Assembly: GCA_036679605.1 (NCBI GenBank)
Contig: JAZDCZ010000409.1
Span: forward strand, 54,560-118,559
Source of the DNA: Gemmatimonadota bacterium
Lineage (GTDB): Bacteria; Gemmatimonadota; Gemmatimonadetes; Gemmatimonadales; GWC2-71-9
Direction: 5' to 3'
Length of the DNA: 64,000 nucleotides
Shown: positions 30,489-40,082 of the stretch, piece after piece
Position numbering within the stretch: the first letter of the stretch is position 1
Layout: each line of letters opens with the position of its first letter
Position numbers and translations under genes: made by a program
Notes under the pieces: model-generated
Told to the model about the DNA's origin: nothing
Database searches by the model: none
What the model saw: the letters and a program-made list of their open reading frames with translations, nothing else

Positions 30489-32137
30489 TGGTTTTCGATA
30501 CTACGCCGCGCTTTCGATTGGACTTCAGCGACAGCGATCAGTTCGGCCGGAGTATGTACACCATCCAGGAGGCTGAGTGCTCTACCAATCTGGATATCCT
30601 CGCGAGCACGGCGTCTGGTCTCCTCGTCACCGCCGAAGACGTATCGGGCAACCTCGTAGCCGATTTGCCGATCCAACAAAGTCCTGACACCGGCGAACAC
30701 CGAGTCCGGAACGTCAATTCCACGCATCGCGAGCCGATTCATGATTTCGTTCCTCATCGCCCGCGTAACCGTAAAGCCTGGATCACTCACTGAGTTGTTC
30801 GCCTTTAGTTCCAGGGAGTACGTGGTGAGAACGTCCCGGTAATCCGGGATCTTCGCACCGAGCGACCTCGTAAAGGCGGCCTCGAGATCGGTCAGTGGCT
30901 CGAACCTGACGGTCACGTCAGGCCGGATTCCGCCACCACCCACCACTTCTCGCCCGCCATCCGTATGGAAGACCTGGCTCGGATCGACCAAACTCGTATC
31001 TGTTGATCGATCTCGTTCTTGCTCTTCCCGACCGCCAACGATCCGGAGCGACCCGTCCACTCGTCTGATAGGACGCTGTATCGTTCTACCGCTGGGGGTA
31101 AACCAATGTCCGGTTGTGATCTGTAGCGCATGACGTGGGCCCATGGCAAAGACGGTTTGCACGAGCCCCTTTCCGAACGTCGGCGTTCCCAAGACGACCG
31201 CACGGTCGTGGTCCTGGAGTGCCCCGGCAAATATCTCTGCGGCGCTCGCAGTCCCGCCGTTAACGAGAACTACTATCGGCATTTCCGGCCACTTCTGCTG
31301 CTTGCTGGCTCGGTATGTCTGAGAGGAGTTGGAATCCCGGCCGCGACTATCTACCACCACTTGATTCTTGTCCAGGAAGAGGTCAGTCAGGGCTACGCCC
31401 TGGTTGAGCAGCCCTCCCGGATTATTCCGTAGATCGAGTATCAAGCTGCGCGCTCCTGCCTCTCGGAGTTCCTCGACCGATCGCGATACTTCATCGGTAA
31501 CGGTCTCACTGATCGTGGCATAGGACAGAGAAACGTAGCCCACTCCCTCCCCAAGCATCATCGCTGAGCGCACCGAACTTACGTGAATCGTTGCCCGCTC
31601 GAGGGTGAACTCAATCGTCTCCGGAACGCCAGGACGCCGGATACCAACGCGAACCTCACTACCGGGCTCGCCACGCAGCTCAGAAACCGCCCTATCGTTC
31701 CTCCACCCAAATGTCGACACTCCCTCTACCTCGACTATCCGGTCACCCGACTCGATTCCGGCAGCCTCTGCTGGGCTTGACGCCATTGGCGCGATGACGG
31801 TGATCCAGCCATCCCGCACGTCGATCTGCATGCCCAATCCACCGTAGTTTCCACTGGTTCGCTCCGAAAGTTCATCGAAATCTTTCGGTCTGAGAAAATC
31901 TGCGTACGGATCGTTGAGTTCTCCGATAAGCCCGTCTATTGCCAGGTCATACAACTGTTGCTCTGAAACAGAATCGACTGCGTACTGTGCAATGTGCGCC
32001 AGAACGTTCTCGAACAACCGGGCCTTTGCGTACACCTCGCTGGCCTGTGATGTCCCGCGCTGCAACAACCATCCTCCCGAAAGGAAGGAGACAAAGCCGA
32101 CGACGACTATAACTAGCACTCTCTTCTTCTTCATCAT
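30485..32137 (-). CDS. S41 carboxyl-terminal processing protease
   Basis: DPY, GLG PDZ motif, LDLRNNPGG, TASAAEI, TFGKG, GGIRPD. Confidence 0.95.
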   Translation of the reverse strand: MMKKKRVLVIVVVGFVSFLSGGWLLQRGTSQASEVYAKARLFENVLAHIAQYAVDSVSEQQLYDLAIDGLIGELNDPYADFLRPKDFDELSERTSGNYGGLGMQIDVRDGWITVIAPMASSPAEAAGIESGDRIVEVEGVSTFGWRNDRAVSELRGEPGSEVRVGIRRPGVPETIEFTLERATIHVSSVRSAMMLGEGVGYVSLSYATISETVTDEVSRSVEELREAGARSLILDLRNNPGGLLNQGVALTDLFLDKNQVVVDSRGRDSNSSQTYRASKQQKWPEMPIVVLVNGGTASAAEIFAGALQDHDRAVVLGTPTFGKGLVQTVFAMGPRHALQITTGHWFTPSGRTIQRPIRRVDGSLRIVGGREEQERDRSTDTSLVDPSQVFHTDGGREVVGGGGIRPDVTVRFEPLTDLEAAFTRSLGAKIPDYRDVLTTYSLELKANNSVSDPGFTVTRAMRNEIMNRLAMRGIDVPDSVFAGVRTLLDRQIGYEVARYVFGGDEETRRRAREDIQIGRALSLLDGVHTPAELIAVAEVQSKARRSIENQ

Positions 32138-32167
32138 TTGCCTCCACTTAGAAGGGGGTCGTCGCGA

Positions 32168-32785
32168 CTAACTCCCGTTCAGATGTGACTTGACCAGGCT
32201 CCACGCTTCTGCCTCGACCTGATCGGCACTGCGGGTGGCATCCAAATGGAAGATGCCCGGCCCGGCGGCGGTGCGGAAAGCGCGATCTACACGGTGATGG
32301 ACCTCGTCATCGGCAGACTCAATTCTATCGGGCTTGGCACCTGCCCCAATGCGCCTCTCGAGCGTCACCTCCAGCGGAGCGTCGAGCACAATGGTCATGT
32401 CAGGCGCGAGCCCCCCTGTTGCCAAACGATTCGCCGCAAGCACCGGATCACGGGGTAACTGCCGACCCTCCACTTGGTAAGCCTCCGTCGACAGTTCGTA
32501 TCGGTCTCCCAGGACAATTTTGCCGGCATCTAGAGCAGGCTTGATGACGCGAGCCACGAGATCGGCTCGTGCGGCCAAGTAGAGAAACACTTCGGCCAGC
32601 GGCGCGGTGTCGAGTGCCGGATCGAGCACCGTTCTGCGCGCAGCCTCGGCCATGGGTGTACCTCCCGGTTCCCTGACCTCCACTACATCGTGGCCTGCAT
32701 CCCGCAAACGCTCGCCCAAGCGAGTCGCCAATGTGGTCTTCCCGATGCCGTCGGCACCCTCAACTACTATGAACACACCGGCCAT
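32168..32785 (-). CDS. tmk: Thymidylate kinase
   Basis: EGADGIGKTT, REPGGT, DRY, PD. Confidence 0.96.
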   Translation of the reverse strand: MAGVFIVVEGADGIGKTTLATRLGERLRDAGHDVVEVREPGGTPMAEAARRTVLDPALDTAPLAEVFLYLAARADLVARVIKPALDAGKIVLGDRYELSTEAYQVEGRQLPRDPVLAANRLATGGLAPDMTIVLDAPLEVTLERRIGAGAKPDRIESADDEVHHRVDRAFRTAAGPGIFHLDATRSADQVEAEAWSLVKSHLNGS

Positions 32786-32795
32786 ACCTACGGGT

Positions 32796-33149
32796 TCAAC
32801 CTAGTGTAATGATCGGACTCTCGGAGCCCTTCTTCATACCGTCCATGATGCGCTCATTGACTCGCACCATGAGTTTCTCGAAATTCGCTTGAGCCGAGAT
32901 CATCTGCTGATAGCGTGAATCAGTCTGAATTTTGGAGAGCAGCTCCTCATATTCAGCTGCACGATCCTTGGGCGGCTCCTTCCCTAACCTCACCTGCTCT
33001 TCCAACTCTTCCGCCAAACGCTCCATTCTCTGCAACAGGGCACTAAGCTCTGACGCCTGTTCCATCAGTTCGCGCGCCTTCTTCACTGCCTTGTAGTCAT
33101 CGCTCTGCCCGATCTGCCGGCCGAGTTCAACCGCTTTCTCGTAGATCAC
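32796..33149 (-). CDS. YlbF-family (Com_YlbF-like) protein
   Basis: KAVELGRQIGQSDDY...AQANFEKLM helical pattern. Confidence 0.7.
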   Translation of the reverse strand: MIYEKAVELGRQIGQSDDYKAVKKARELMEQASELSALLQRMERLAEELEEQVRLGKEPPKDRAAEYEELLSKIQTDSRYQQMISAQANFEKLMVRVNERIMDGMKKGSESPIITLG

Positions 33150-34024
33150 CGCGACTCCCTTGTTGCAAAGACAAAGCGCGAACGCCCGAAAAGATCGGAT
33201 TCAATTCGCGCATTTTCCCACCCGCTGTCGATTGCCAGCTCAAGTGTACGTTCCGCTCTCGTTGAATCTAGCTCAAACGCGACGAGCCCGCCCGGATTAA
33301 GACAATCCGTCGCGGTTTCGAATAACTCCCGCAAATGATGCAGCCCATCCGGTCCACCCACAAGCGCTTCGCGAGGCTCATAATCTCTGATTTCGCGCCC
33401 CAACGATTCGTATTCGGCCTCAGTGATGTAGGGCGGGTTCGACACGATCACATCGAAAGTCTCCCTTTCCAAGGCATCGAGCAAATGTCCCGACTTCAGT
33501 TCGATAGACGTTCGGGAAGACACGGCTGCAACGTTGTCGGCAGCGACTTGTAGGGCATTCGCCCATCGATCAGTGGCGACGATCCTGGAGAACGATCCCT
33601 CGCACGCCAGACTCAGAGCAATACAGCCACTGCCCGTTCCGATGTCCGCAGCACTGCCCCACGGCTCATCACCCCAACGAAGTCTCGCCCAATCTAGTAC
33701 GTGACCGACCAGGCTCTCTGTCTCGGGCCGCGGAATGAGGACTCTGCGATCGACCGATAGGTCCAGGTGCCGGAAGCCTGCCGTACCAACCACATAACAT
33801 CGCGGCTCACCCTCAGAGCGTTGCCTTATCGCGATTCGAAAGCTGTCGCACTGCCTCTCATCCGCCACGTCATCGCCCAGCAGAAACACCTCACCTACCT
33901 GAACGCCGGCCAGATCGGCCCAGATGGCAGTCGCCTCGCGCCTCGCACTCGATATACCCGCATTGTGCAAAGTACGAGCGGCGTCGCCCACCGCCTCAGC
34001 AATAGAGGTCTCCGTCCTGATCAA
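33146..34024 (-). CDS. prmC: Release factor glutamine methyltransferase
   Basis: [30 protein letters not shown]; follows prfA. Confidence 0.96.
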   Translation of the reverse strand: MIRTETSIAEAVGDAARTLHNAGISSARREATAIWADLAGVQVGEVFLLGDDVADERQCDSFRIAIRQRSEGEPRCYVVGTAGFRHLDLSVDRRVLIPRPETESLVGHVLDWARLRWGDEPWGSAADIGTGSGCIALSLACEGSFSRIVATDRWANALQVAADNVAAVSSRTSIELKSGHLLDALERETFDVIVSNPPYITEAEYESLGREIRDYEPREALVGGPDGLHHLRELFETATDCLNPGGLVAFELDSTRAERTLELAIDSGWENARIESDLFGRSRFVFATRESR

Positions 34025-34979
34025 GTGGCTATCTGCTCTCCCTCGTAGGCAAGACGGAGTGCGTCAATAATTTCGTCTAAGTCGCCCGTCAGAACGCTGT
34101 CCAGTGAATGGACCGTCATATTGATGCGATGGTCTGTTACACGATTCTGGGGAAAGTTGTAGGTGCGGATCTTGGCAGACCGATCTCCCGTACCAACCAT
34201 CGCTCGCCGCTCTTGACTCCGCGAAGCCTCCTGCTCAGCCACTAGACGGTCCAGCAGGCGGGCTCGCAGCACCTCCATCGCCTTGATCTTGTTCTGCAGC
34301 TGGGATTTCTGATCTTGGCATTGAACCACCACATTAGTCGGCAGATGCGTTATGCGAACCGCACTATCGGTCGTATTGACGCTTTGGCCACCGGGACCCG
34401 AGGATCGAAACACATCGATCTTAAGATCCTTCTCGTCGATGCCTACATCCACCTCTTCTGCTTCCGGCAGAACCGCTACGGTGGCTGCCGACGTATGGAT
34501 GCGACCCTGCGCCTCTGTTGCCGGCACGCGCTGCACCCTGTGAACACCGGACTCATGTCTCAGATGCCCGTATGCACTTGGTCCTTTAACCATGAAGGCC
34601 ACCTCCCTCAAACCACCTACGTTGCCTTCCGACAGCGATACGGGATCGAGGGTCCACCCCCGGCGCTCAACGTAGCGCATATACATGCGGTACAGATCTG
34701 CCGCGAATAGGGCCGCTTCATCTCCTCCGGTACCGGCCCGAATCTCCACGATAGTATTGCGGTCATTGAGTGGATCTGGTGGCACAAGCAGCTGACGTAC
34801 CTGGCGTTCGAGACTCTCCACTTCTGGTGCGAGCCGCTGCATATCATTCCGAGCCAGCTCGGCCTGTACTCTCGACCAAGCGTCTTGAGCATAGCCGAAT
34901 CGCGCGTGGTGGCAGGGTCCGCCAGCTGTCGCTCTATGTCCGCCACGCGCTCGAGCGCGGCCTTGAGCCGCGCCTCCAT
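34021..34979 (-). pseudogene. prfA: Peptide chain release factor 1, split across two frames near 34865 (real lesion or assembly error)
   Basis: First 38 aa (MEARL...LGREY) are in one frame; [11 protein letters not shown]... with [24 protein letters not shown] and RTYNFPQ is in another. Span of 959 nt is not a multiple of 3. Confidence 0.85.
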
Positions 34980-34982
34980 GGA

Positions 34983-35204
34983 TTACTCCGCGGCGGCCGG
35001 CTGGCCCTGCTTGGAGTACCGCTGGCGGAAACGCTCCACGCGCCCCGCGGTGTCTACAAGCTTCTGCTTGCCTGTAAAAAAAGGGTGGCAGTGAGCGCAG
35101 ATCTCAACATGGATTTCCGACATCGTCGAGCGGGTCTCAAACGTATTGCCGCATGCACACTTGGCAACGGCAAGCTCGTAAGTGGGATGTATGCCTTCTT
35201 TCAC
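34983..35204 (-). CDS. rpmE: 50S ribosomal protein L31 (C+ form)
   Basis: [27 protein letters not shown]. Confidence 0.98.
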   Translation of the reverse strand: MKEGIHPTYELAVAKCACGNTFETRSTMSEIHVEICAHCHPFFTGKQKLVDTAGRVERFRQRYSKQGQPAAAE

Positions 35205-35292
35205 TGCTCTTCTCCAAAAATAATGTGTATATAAGACCGCGAAATATAACTGGCCGTTAGACTTGCAGGCAAGCGACCCGATCTAACATCGA

Positions 35293-35321
35293 TTGACAGC
35301 CCCACTGGCCTAGATTAATCT
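35293..35321 (+). promoter_or_regulatory. Sigma70-type promoter for the crp gene
   Basis: TTGACA-17 nt-TAATCT; favours ATG 35351 over TTG 35321 as the start. Confidence 0.6.
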
Positions 35322-35350
35322 TGGAGTCCAATTTTGCCGGATACCTGCCA

Positions 35351-36022
35351 ATGTCGGTGGAGCAAACCCTCCGCAGTGTTCCCCTCTTTGCGGATCTGAA
35401 CGATGACGAGATGGACAGGCTCTGTCGCACAATGCGGACGAAGAGCTATCCCAAGAACAGTGTGATCGTCTTCGAGGATGATCCGGGTGACGCCCTATAT
35501 GTGGTGAGCAGCGGACAGGTGAAGGTCGTGTTGATTGGCGAGGACGGGCGCGAAGTCATCCTCTCCGTGTTGGGTGAGGGCGATTTTTTTGGAGAGATGG
35601 CTCTAATTGACGATCAACCCAGATCCGCACACGTGATGGCGATGGAGGACTCCAAAGTACTTGTCCTCTATCGAGACGACTTTCATCGCTGCCTCGAAGA
35701 AGCTCCACGGATGGCCCTCGGATTGCTGCGACAGCTTTCCCGCCGACTGCGTAGTGCAGATGACAAGATTGGGGGACTGGTCCTGCTTGACGTTCCCGGC
35801 CGCGTTGCACGCATATTGATTCAGCTAGCCGATGAAGGAGACGGGGTTGTGATCAGCCGCCGCATTACGCATCACACCCTCGCGCAGATGGTCGGATCCA
35901 GTCGAGAAACCGTCTCTCGGACCATCAAGGATCTATCGACCAACGGCCTGGTCGCGGTCACCAAATCAACCATCGAAATCCAAGATCGCGCGCGACTCGA
36001 GACGTTGGGCGGACTGACGTGA
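35351..36022 (+). CDS. Crp/Fnr family regulator (cAMP-receptor type)
   Basis: cNMP pocket FFGEMALID..PRSA, RRLR, HTH recognition helix SRETVSR; no FNR-type Cys cluster. Confidence 0.93.
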   Translation: MSVEQTLRSVPLFADLNDDEMDRLCRTMRTKSYPKNSVIVFEDDPGDALYVVSSGQVKVVLIGEDGREVILSVLGEGDFFGEMALIDDQPRSAHVMAMEDSKVLVLYRDDFHRCLEEAPRMALGLLRQLSRRLRSADDKIGGLVLLDVPGRVARILIQLADEGDGVVISRRITHHTLAQMVGSSRETVSRTIKDLSTNGLVAVTKSTIEIQDRARLETLGGLT

Positions 36023-36033
36023 GCCAGGTCACG
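36018..36033. promoter_or_regulatory. CRP-type box
   Basis: CGTGA-GCCAGG-TCACG (palindromic arms; consensus TGTGA-N6-TCACA), upstream of a possible TTGCCG-18 nt-TACCTT promoter. Confidence 0.6.
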
Positions 36034-36111
36034 GCAACCGCGTGATCAAGTGACTTGCCGTCGGCTCCTTCCTAGCGATACCTTGAGATCACCTATGACT
36101 AACCAGAGAAC

Positions 36112-36987
36112 ATGGCGTTTACAGTAAGGTTCTGGGGCGCCCGGGGATCTATACCCACCCCGGGACCGCTCACCAGCCGTTACGGGGGGAACACGCCGTG
36201 TCTCTCGGTGGAGGGTGACAATGGGACCTCGGGAAGCCGAGTGATCCTGGACGCCGGTACGGGCATCCGGTTGCTCGGTAAGGAGCTGATTGAACGGACC
36301 GCTGGGACGGTGAGTGTGGACCTCCTGCTGAGCCATACGCATTGGGATCACATACAAGGGTTACCGTTCTTCGCTCCGTTCTTTGGAGCCGGCAACCAAA
36401 TACGCATCTGGGGACCGCCGCAGGGTAAAGTTGGACTGGAGAAGATTATGCGACTCCTGATGGATCCAGTAGTGTTTCCGGTGCCGCTCGATAAGTTGGC
36501 GGCCGAGCTGAGCATAACGCATGTTGAGTCGCAAGACGTTGATATTGATGGCTTTACAATACGTACGGTGCGGCTGCGCCATCCCGGCCACACCCTGGGG
36601 TACCGCCTGACTCCACGGGATGGAGGCGCGAGTTTTGCTTACATAACTGACAATGAACTGGGACCTGGGGGCGACTATGACGTGGGCCCGGCGTGGAGAC
36701 AGGAGCTAGTCGATTTTCTGTCGGGTGCGGAGGTGATGGTCCACGATGCGATGTATACGCCCGCCGAACTGGACGGGCATCGTGGCTGGGGTCATTCATC
36801 GAACCACGAGGCCGTCGCCCTAGCTCAAGACGCTGGGGTGGGTAGATTGGTATTGTTTCACCATCTCCCGGAACACAGCGACGAGGACATGGACAAGTTT
36901 GTACAGGAAGCGCGGATTACAGCAGACGGACTGGGCCAGCCGCTGGAAGTGATTGCGGCCACGGAAGGTCTAGAACTGACGCTTTGA
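36112..36987 (+). CDS. MBL-fold metallohydrolase, putative cyclic-nucleotide phosphodiesterase
   Basis: FWGARGSIP, YGGNTPC, LDAGTG, SHTHWDHIQG, TDNE, HDA, WGHS, FHH. Confidence 0.85.
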   Translation: MAFTVRFWGARGSIPTPGPLTSRYGGNTPCLSVEGDNGTSGSRVILDAGTGIRLLGKELIERTAGTVSVDLLLSHTHWDHIQGLPFFAPFFGAGNQIRIWGPPQGKVGLEKIMRLLMDPVVFPVPLDKLAAELSITHVESQDVDIDGFTIRTVRLRHPGHTLGYRLTPRDGGASFAYITDNELGPGGDYDVGPAWRQELVDFLSGAEVMVHDAMYTPAELDGHRGWGHSSNHEAVALAQDAGVGRLVLFHHLPEHSDEDMDKFVQEARITADGLGQPLEVIAATEGLELTL

Positions 36988-37001
36988 GAGAGGATAAAAC
37001 T

Positions 37002-37694
37002 ATGAAGTGGCGCTCAGCTTTTGCCCTGCTTCTCGCCGCTGCGTTTGCGGCGCCGCAGTTGGCGGCGGCACAGGACACTCGACCAGGCATTGGAGTACTG
37101 CCGTTTGAGAATGGGGGGTCGATCGGAGTCGACCGAGAGGACTTGGAGGCATTCAGCGTTGGCCTACAGCAAATGCTGATTACCGAGTTGGCCTTCAATG
37201 GTGAGCTTCGGATCGTAGACCGAACCAATCTGCACCAGCTAATGGAGGAGCAAGACCTGGGAGCCGCAGGCCGGGTGAGTGCTGAAACGGCCGCCAGAAT
37301 CGGCAAGATTGTTGGAGCCAAGTACATGATCCTTGGCGGCTTCATCGACTTCAACGCCCAACTGCGGATCGATGCCCGGGTGGTCGATGTCGAGACGACC
37401 GAGATCATCAAGGTCCAACGACAGCGCGACAAGCGTGATAACATGTACGAGATTGTGGTGGACTTGGCAAACAATCTCACCAAGGGCCTTGAGTTGCCGG
37501 CGCTCTCTCGGCAGGCGTTCAACCAGCGCAAGGAGCGCAAGGTCCCGTCGAAGGCAGTCAAGTTGTACATGAAGGGTCTGGTTTACCAGAACATCGGTAA
37601 CAACGAAAAGGCTGCCGAGCTGTTCAGCCAAGCTTCCGAGATCTTCCCCGAGTACACGGAAGCCAAGGAAGCACTCAAGCAAACCAAGAGTTAG
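37002..37694 (+). CDS. Secreted CsgG/HfaB-like (TolB-N fold) protein with C-terminal TPR
   Basis: Signal peptide (AAA-Q), VLPFEN, IVDRTNL..LMEEQDL, ARIGKIVGAKY, IDARVVDVET, TPR-like tail. Confidence 0.85.
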   Translation: MKWRSAFALLLAAAFAAPQLAAAQDTRPGIGVLPFENGGSIGVDREDLEAFSVGLQQMLITELAFNGELRIVDRTNLHQLMEEQDLGAAGRVSAETAARIGKIVGAKYMILGGFIDFNAQLRIDARVVDVETTEIIKVQRQRDKRDNMYEIVVDLANNLTKGLELPALSRQAFNQRKERKVPSKAVKLYMKGLVYQNIGNNEKAAELFSQASEIFPEYTEAKEALKQTKS

Positions 37695-37706
37695 CGCGCT
37701 AGACGT

Positions 37707-38489
37707 GTGCTGACTCCAGTAGCCGCGCTCGGAGGTCGTCTAATCCGTGCCATTGCCCAGTTTGGGGCAATGGCACGGTTTTGCGTAGGATCCATTGTCA
37801 GCTGGCGTTGGTTACCCAAGGCCGGCCGTAGGGTCGTTCTCAGAGTCCTATTCAAGCAAGTTTGGTTTACAGCGGTTCAGGCAATCCCGGTAGTGGTAAT
37901 CCTGGCCGGCATCCTTAGCTTCTTGCTCATCTCCCAGGCGATCCGTGAACTCGGCCGACTGGGAGCGACGGAGTTGATTGGACGGTTAGTGGTGGTCGCC
38001 ATCATACGCGAGCTTGGCCCGCTGGTCACCGCACTCATCGTGACCGGCCGGTCTGGGACGGCAATTGCCGCCGAACTCGCTACCAATAAGGTGATGGGAG
38101 AAGTTAGATCCCTTGAGAGCATGGGCATCGACCCCGCCCATTACCTGATCCTCCCCCGCTTCGGTGGCGCGATCGTGTCGATGTTTGGACTGATAATCGT
38201 GTTCGACCTGGTCGCAGTCATGGCAGGCCTGGTAGCGGCCACCTTCAACAACATGACCAGTGGAACATACTTTGAGATTGTGCTCAACAGTCTGGCGTTC
38301 CAGGATGTTTGGCTCACTCTCGCCAAGGGACTGATGTTCGGCATTATTGTCGGGGTGATCCCGAGTTTTCACGGCCTCTCGGTGCATCGCGCCGCAACGG
38401 AGGTTCCAGTTGCGGCAAGCCGCGCTGTGGTGGCGAGTATCATCGCCATCTTCCTTACCTCTGGACTTTTTGTCGCAGTGAGCCTCTGA
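37707..38489 (+). CDS. mlaE: MlaE-family ABC permease
   Basis: IRELGPLVTALIVTGRSGTAIAAEL, MGIDP..YLILPR, KGLMFG, VP.AASRAVV. Confidence 0.93.
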   Translation: MLTPVAALGGRLIRAIAQFGAMARFCVGSIVSWRWLPKAGRRVVLRVLFKQVWFTAVQAIPVVVILAGILSFLLISQAIRELGRLGATELIGRLVVVAIIRELGPLVTALIVTGRSGTAIAAELATNKVMGEVRSLESMGIDPAHYLILPRFGGAIVSMFGLIIVFDLVAVMAGLVAATFNNMTSGTYFEIVLNSLAFQDVWLTLAKGLMFGIIVGVIPSFHGLSVHRAATEVPVAASRAVVASIIAIFLTSGLFVAVSL

Positions 38490-39163
38490 TGAGCGAAGCT
38501 CCTCTGGTTTTCGAGAACGTTGGGGTTGCCGGACTGAACGGCACCGGGATATCTCTCGAGGTGCCCGCAGCCTCGGCGACGGCGGTTGTCGGAGACGACG
38601 TGAGCGGAGTCGAATTGCTGGGACAATATGCTCTTGGCCTTGACCAACCACCCAGCGGCCGCGCGATGGTCTTCGGTGAAGATATTTGCCAGATGAACCG
38701 CCACCAAGCTCTCGCCTTCCGTCGATCCGTGGGCTACCTTCCCGCCGGCGACGGGCTGTTGCAAAACCTTTGCCTACTGGACAACATCGCTCTCCCGCTC
38801 CGCTACGGCAGCGACATGAAAGAGCGAGAGATGGACAGCAGAATAGAAATCATGCTTGCGATGGTGTCACTGAAAGACGCGGCTGGCCTCAGACCGGCCC
38901 AGGCTACGGAAGAACAGTGCCGGCGCGCTGCTCTTGCTCGAGCCCTGGCGTTCGATCCAAAACTGGTGATTCTAGAACAGCCTTTTGGCGGTCTTGCCTC
39001 GGAGGCGAGTAGAGATCTGTTGGAAATCGCACGTGGCGGTGAGACCAGCGGGGGCTGCAGACGGTGCGTATTCATTACCGCACCGTTTATGCCGGAGCGC
39101 TTGAAGCCGCGCATAGAGCACCACTATCGAATTGCCAAAGGTCAATTGGAACCCTACACTTGA
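38489..39163 (+). CDS. MlaF-like ABC ATPase homolog with degenerate catalytic motifs
   Basis: ABC scaffold (PPSGRAMVFGED, DNIALPL, RAALARALAFDPKLVIL) but Walker A reads GDDVSGVE, signature ATEEQ, Walker B ILEQP. Confidence 0.85.
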   Translation: MSEAPLVFENVGVAGLNGTGISLEVPAASATAVVGDDVSGVELLGQYALGLDQPPSGRAMVFGEDICQMNRHQALAFRRSVGYLPAGDGLLQNLCLLDNIALPLRYGSDMKEREMDSRIEIMLAMVSLKDAAGLRPAQATEEQCRRAALARALAFDPKLVILEQPFGGLASEASRDLLEIARGGETSGGCRRCVFITAPFMPERLKPRIEHHYRIAKGQLEPYT

Positions 39164-39176
39164 GGAGCGGGGAGCT

Positions 39177-40082
39177 GTGAAACCCAGACTAGCCGATTTT
39201 CTGGTCGGCATCTTCGTCCTAGTGAGTGTGGGCGTCACGATAGGTGCCCTGCTTCTCACCAGCGATTTCGGTGAGACACGCTACGATCTCTTCCTGCGTT
39301 CTGAGACTGCTCAGGGCTTGAGCGAGGATATGAAGGTGATCCTCAGGGGCCTTACCGTTGGGAGGATCACTGAAGTGAACCCGGTGATCGATCCTGCCAG
39401 TGGTGACTTGAGTTTTGTGTCGCGGCTGTCTATCCAAGCAAATTTTGCCGACGGAACTTCTCTCACACTTCCAACCACCACTAGCGCGGTTATCGCACAG
39501 CCGTCACCTATTGGGGGATCTGTTATTGAGCTTGTCATTCCACCAGGTGCAACGCGAGATAATGCCTTAGTCGCAGGAGATACTCTCACGGCGGAGCGCA
39601 GGGGAGGCGCCGTGGACGCACTAACGGAAATGGCAACGCAGTTGAGTGTGGAGGTTCCAAGACTGTTGCGCGAAGCGCAAGAGCTAATAGATGCGGCCGA
39701 GAACACGATCCAAGATGCAGGCTCTCTTATATCGACAACGAGACCAGAAATAAGGGCAACGCTGCGACAGGTGTCTAGCACCTTGGCCAGCTTCGAGCTG
39801 CTCGCACAGGATCAAAATGCTCGGCTCGGGACCCTTCACGACTCACTATCTCTTGTGTTGGCCGATGCCCGCGGGATGATCCAGCGGTTTGACAGCCTGG
39901 CAGCTTCGGCGGAGCTAATGAGTGAAGAGAACCGCGGGCTCATCCACTCCACGATGCAGAGCATCTCTCGGTCGACCGACGTTCTATCGAATTTTGCCGA
40001 GCAATTGAGCCGCCGCCCACTCCGCCTTCTCACCGGGGTCAAACCTCCGCCCGATCCAAGTGACACTACGGAGCAGCACTGA
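39177..40082 (+). CDS. mlaD: MlaD/MCE family protein with helical extension
   Basis: VGIFVL TM anchor, GL...KVILRGLTVGRI, IELVIP, coiled coil ending P.RLLTG. Confidence 0.88.
   Translation: MKPRLADFLVGIFVLVSVGVTIGALLLTSDFGETRYDLFLRSETAQGLSEDMKVILRGLTVGRITEVNPVIDPASGDLSFVSRLSIQANFADGTSLTLPTTTSAVIAQPSPIGGSVIELVIPPGATRDNALVAGDTLTAERRGGAVDALTEMATQLSVEVPRLLREAQELIDAAENTIQDAGSLISTTRPEIRATLRQVSSTLASFELLAQDQNARLGTLHDSLSLVLADARGMIQRFDSLAASAELMSEENRGLIHSTMQSISRSTDVLSNFAEQLSRRPLRLLTGVKPPPDPSDTTEQH

Noticed and set aside
34021..34979. UAG reassignment through loss of RF1, or a prfB-like programmed frameshift
   Set aside because: Conserved genes end at TAG at their expected C-termini; there is no CTT-TGA slippery site with internal SD; sequence is missing, not merely shifted.
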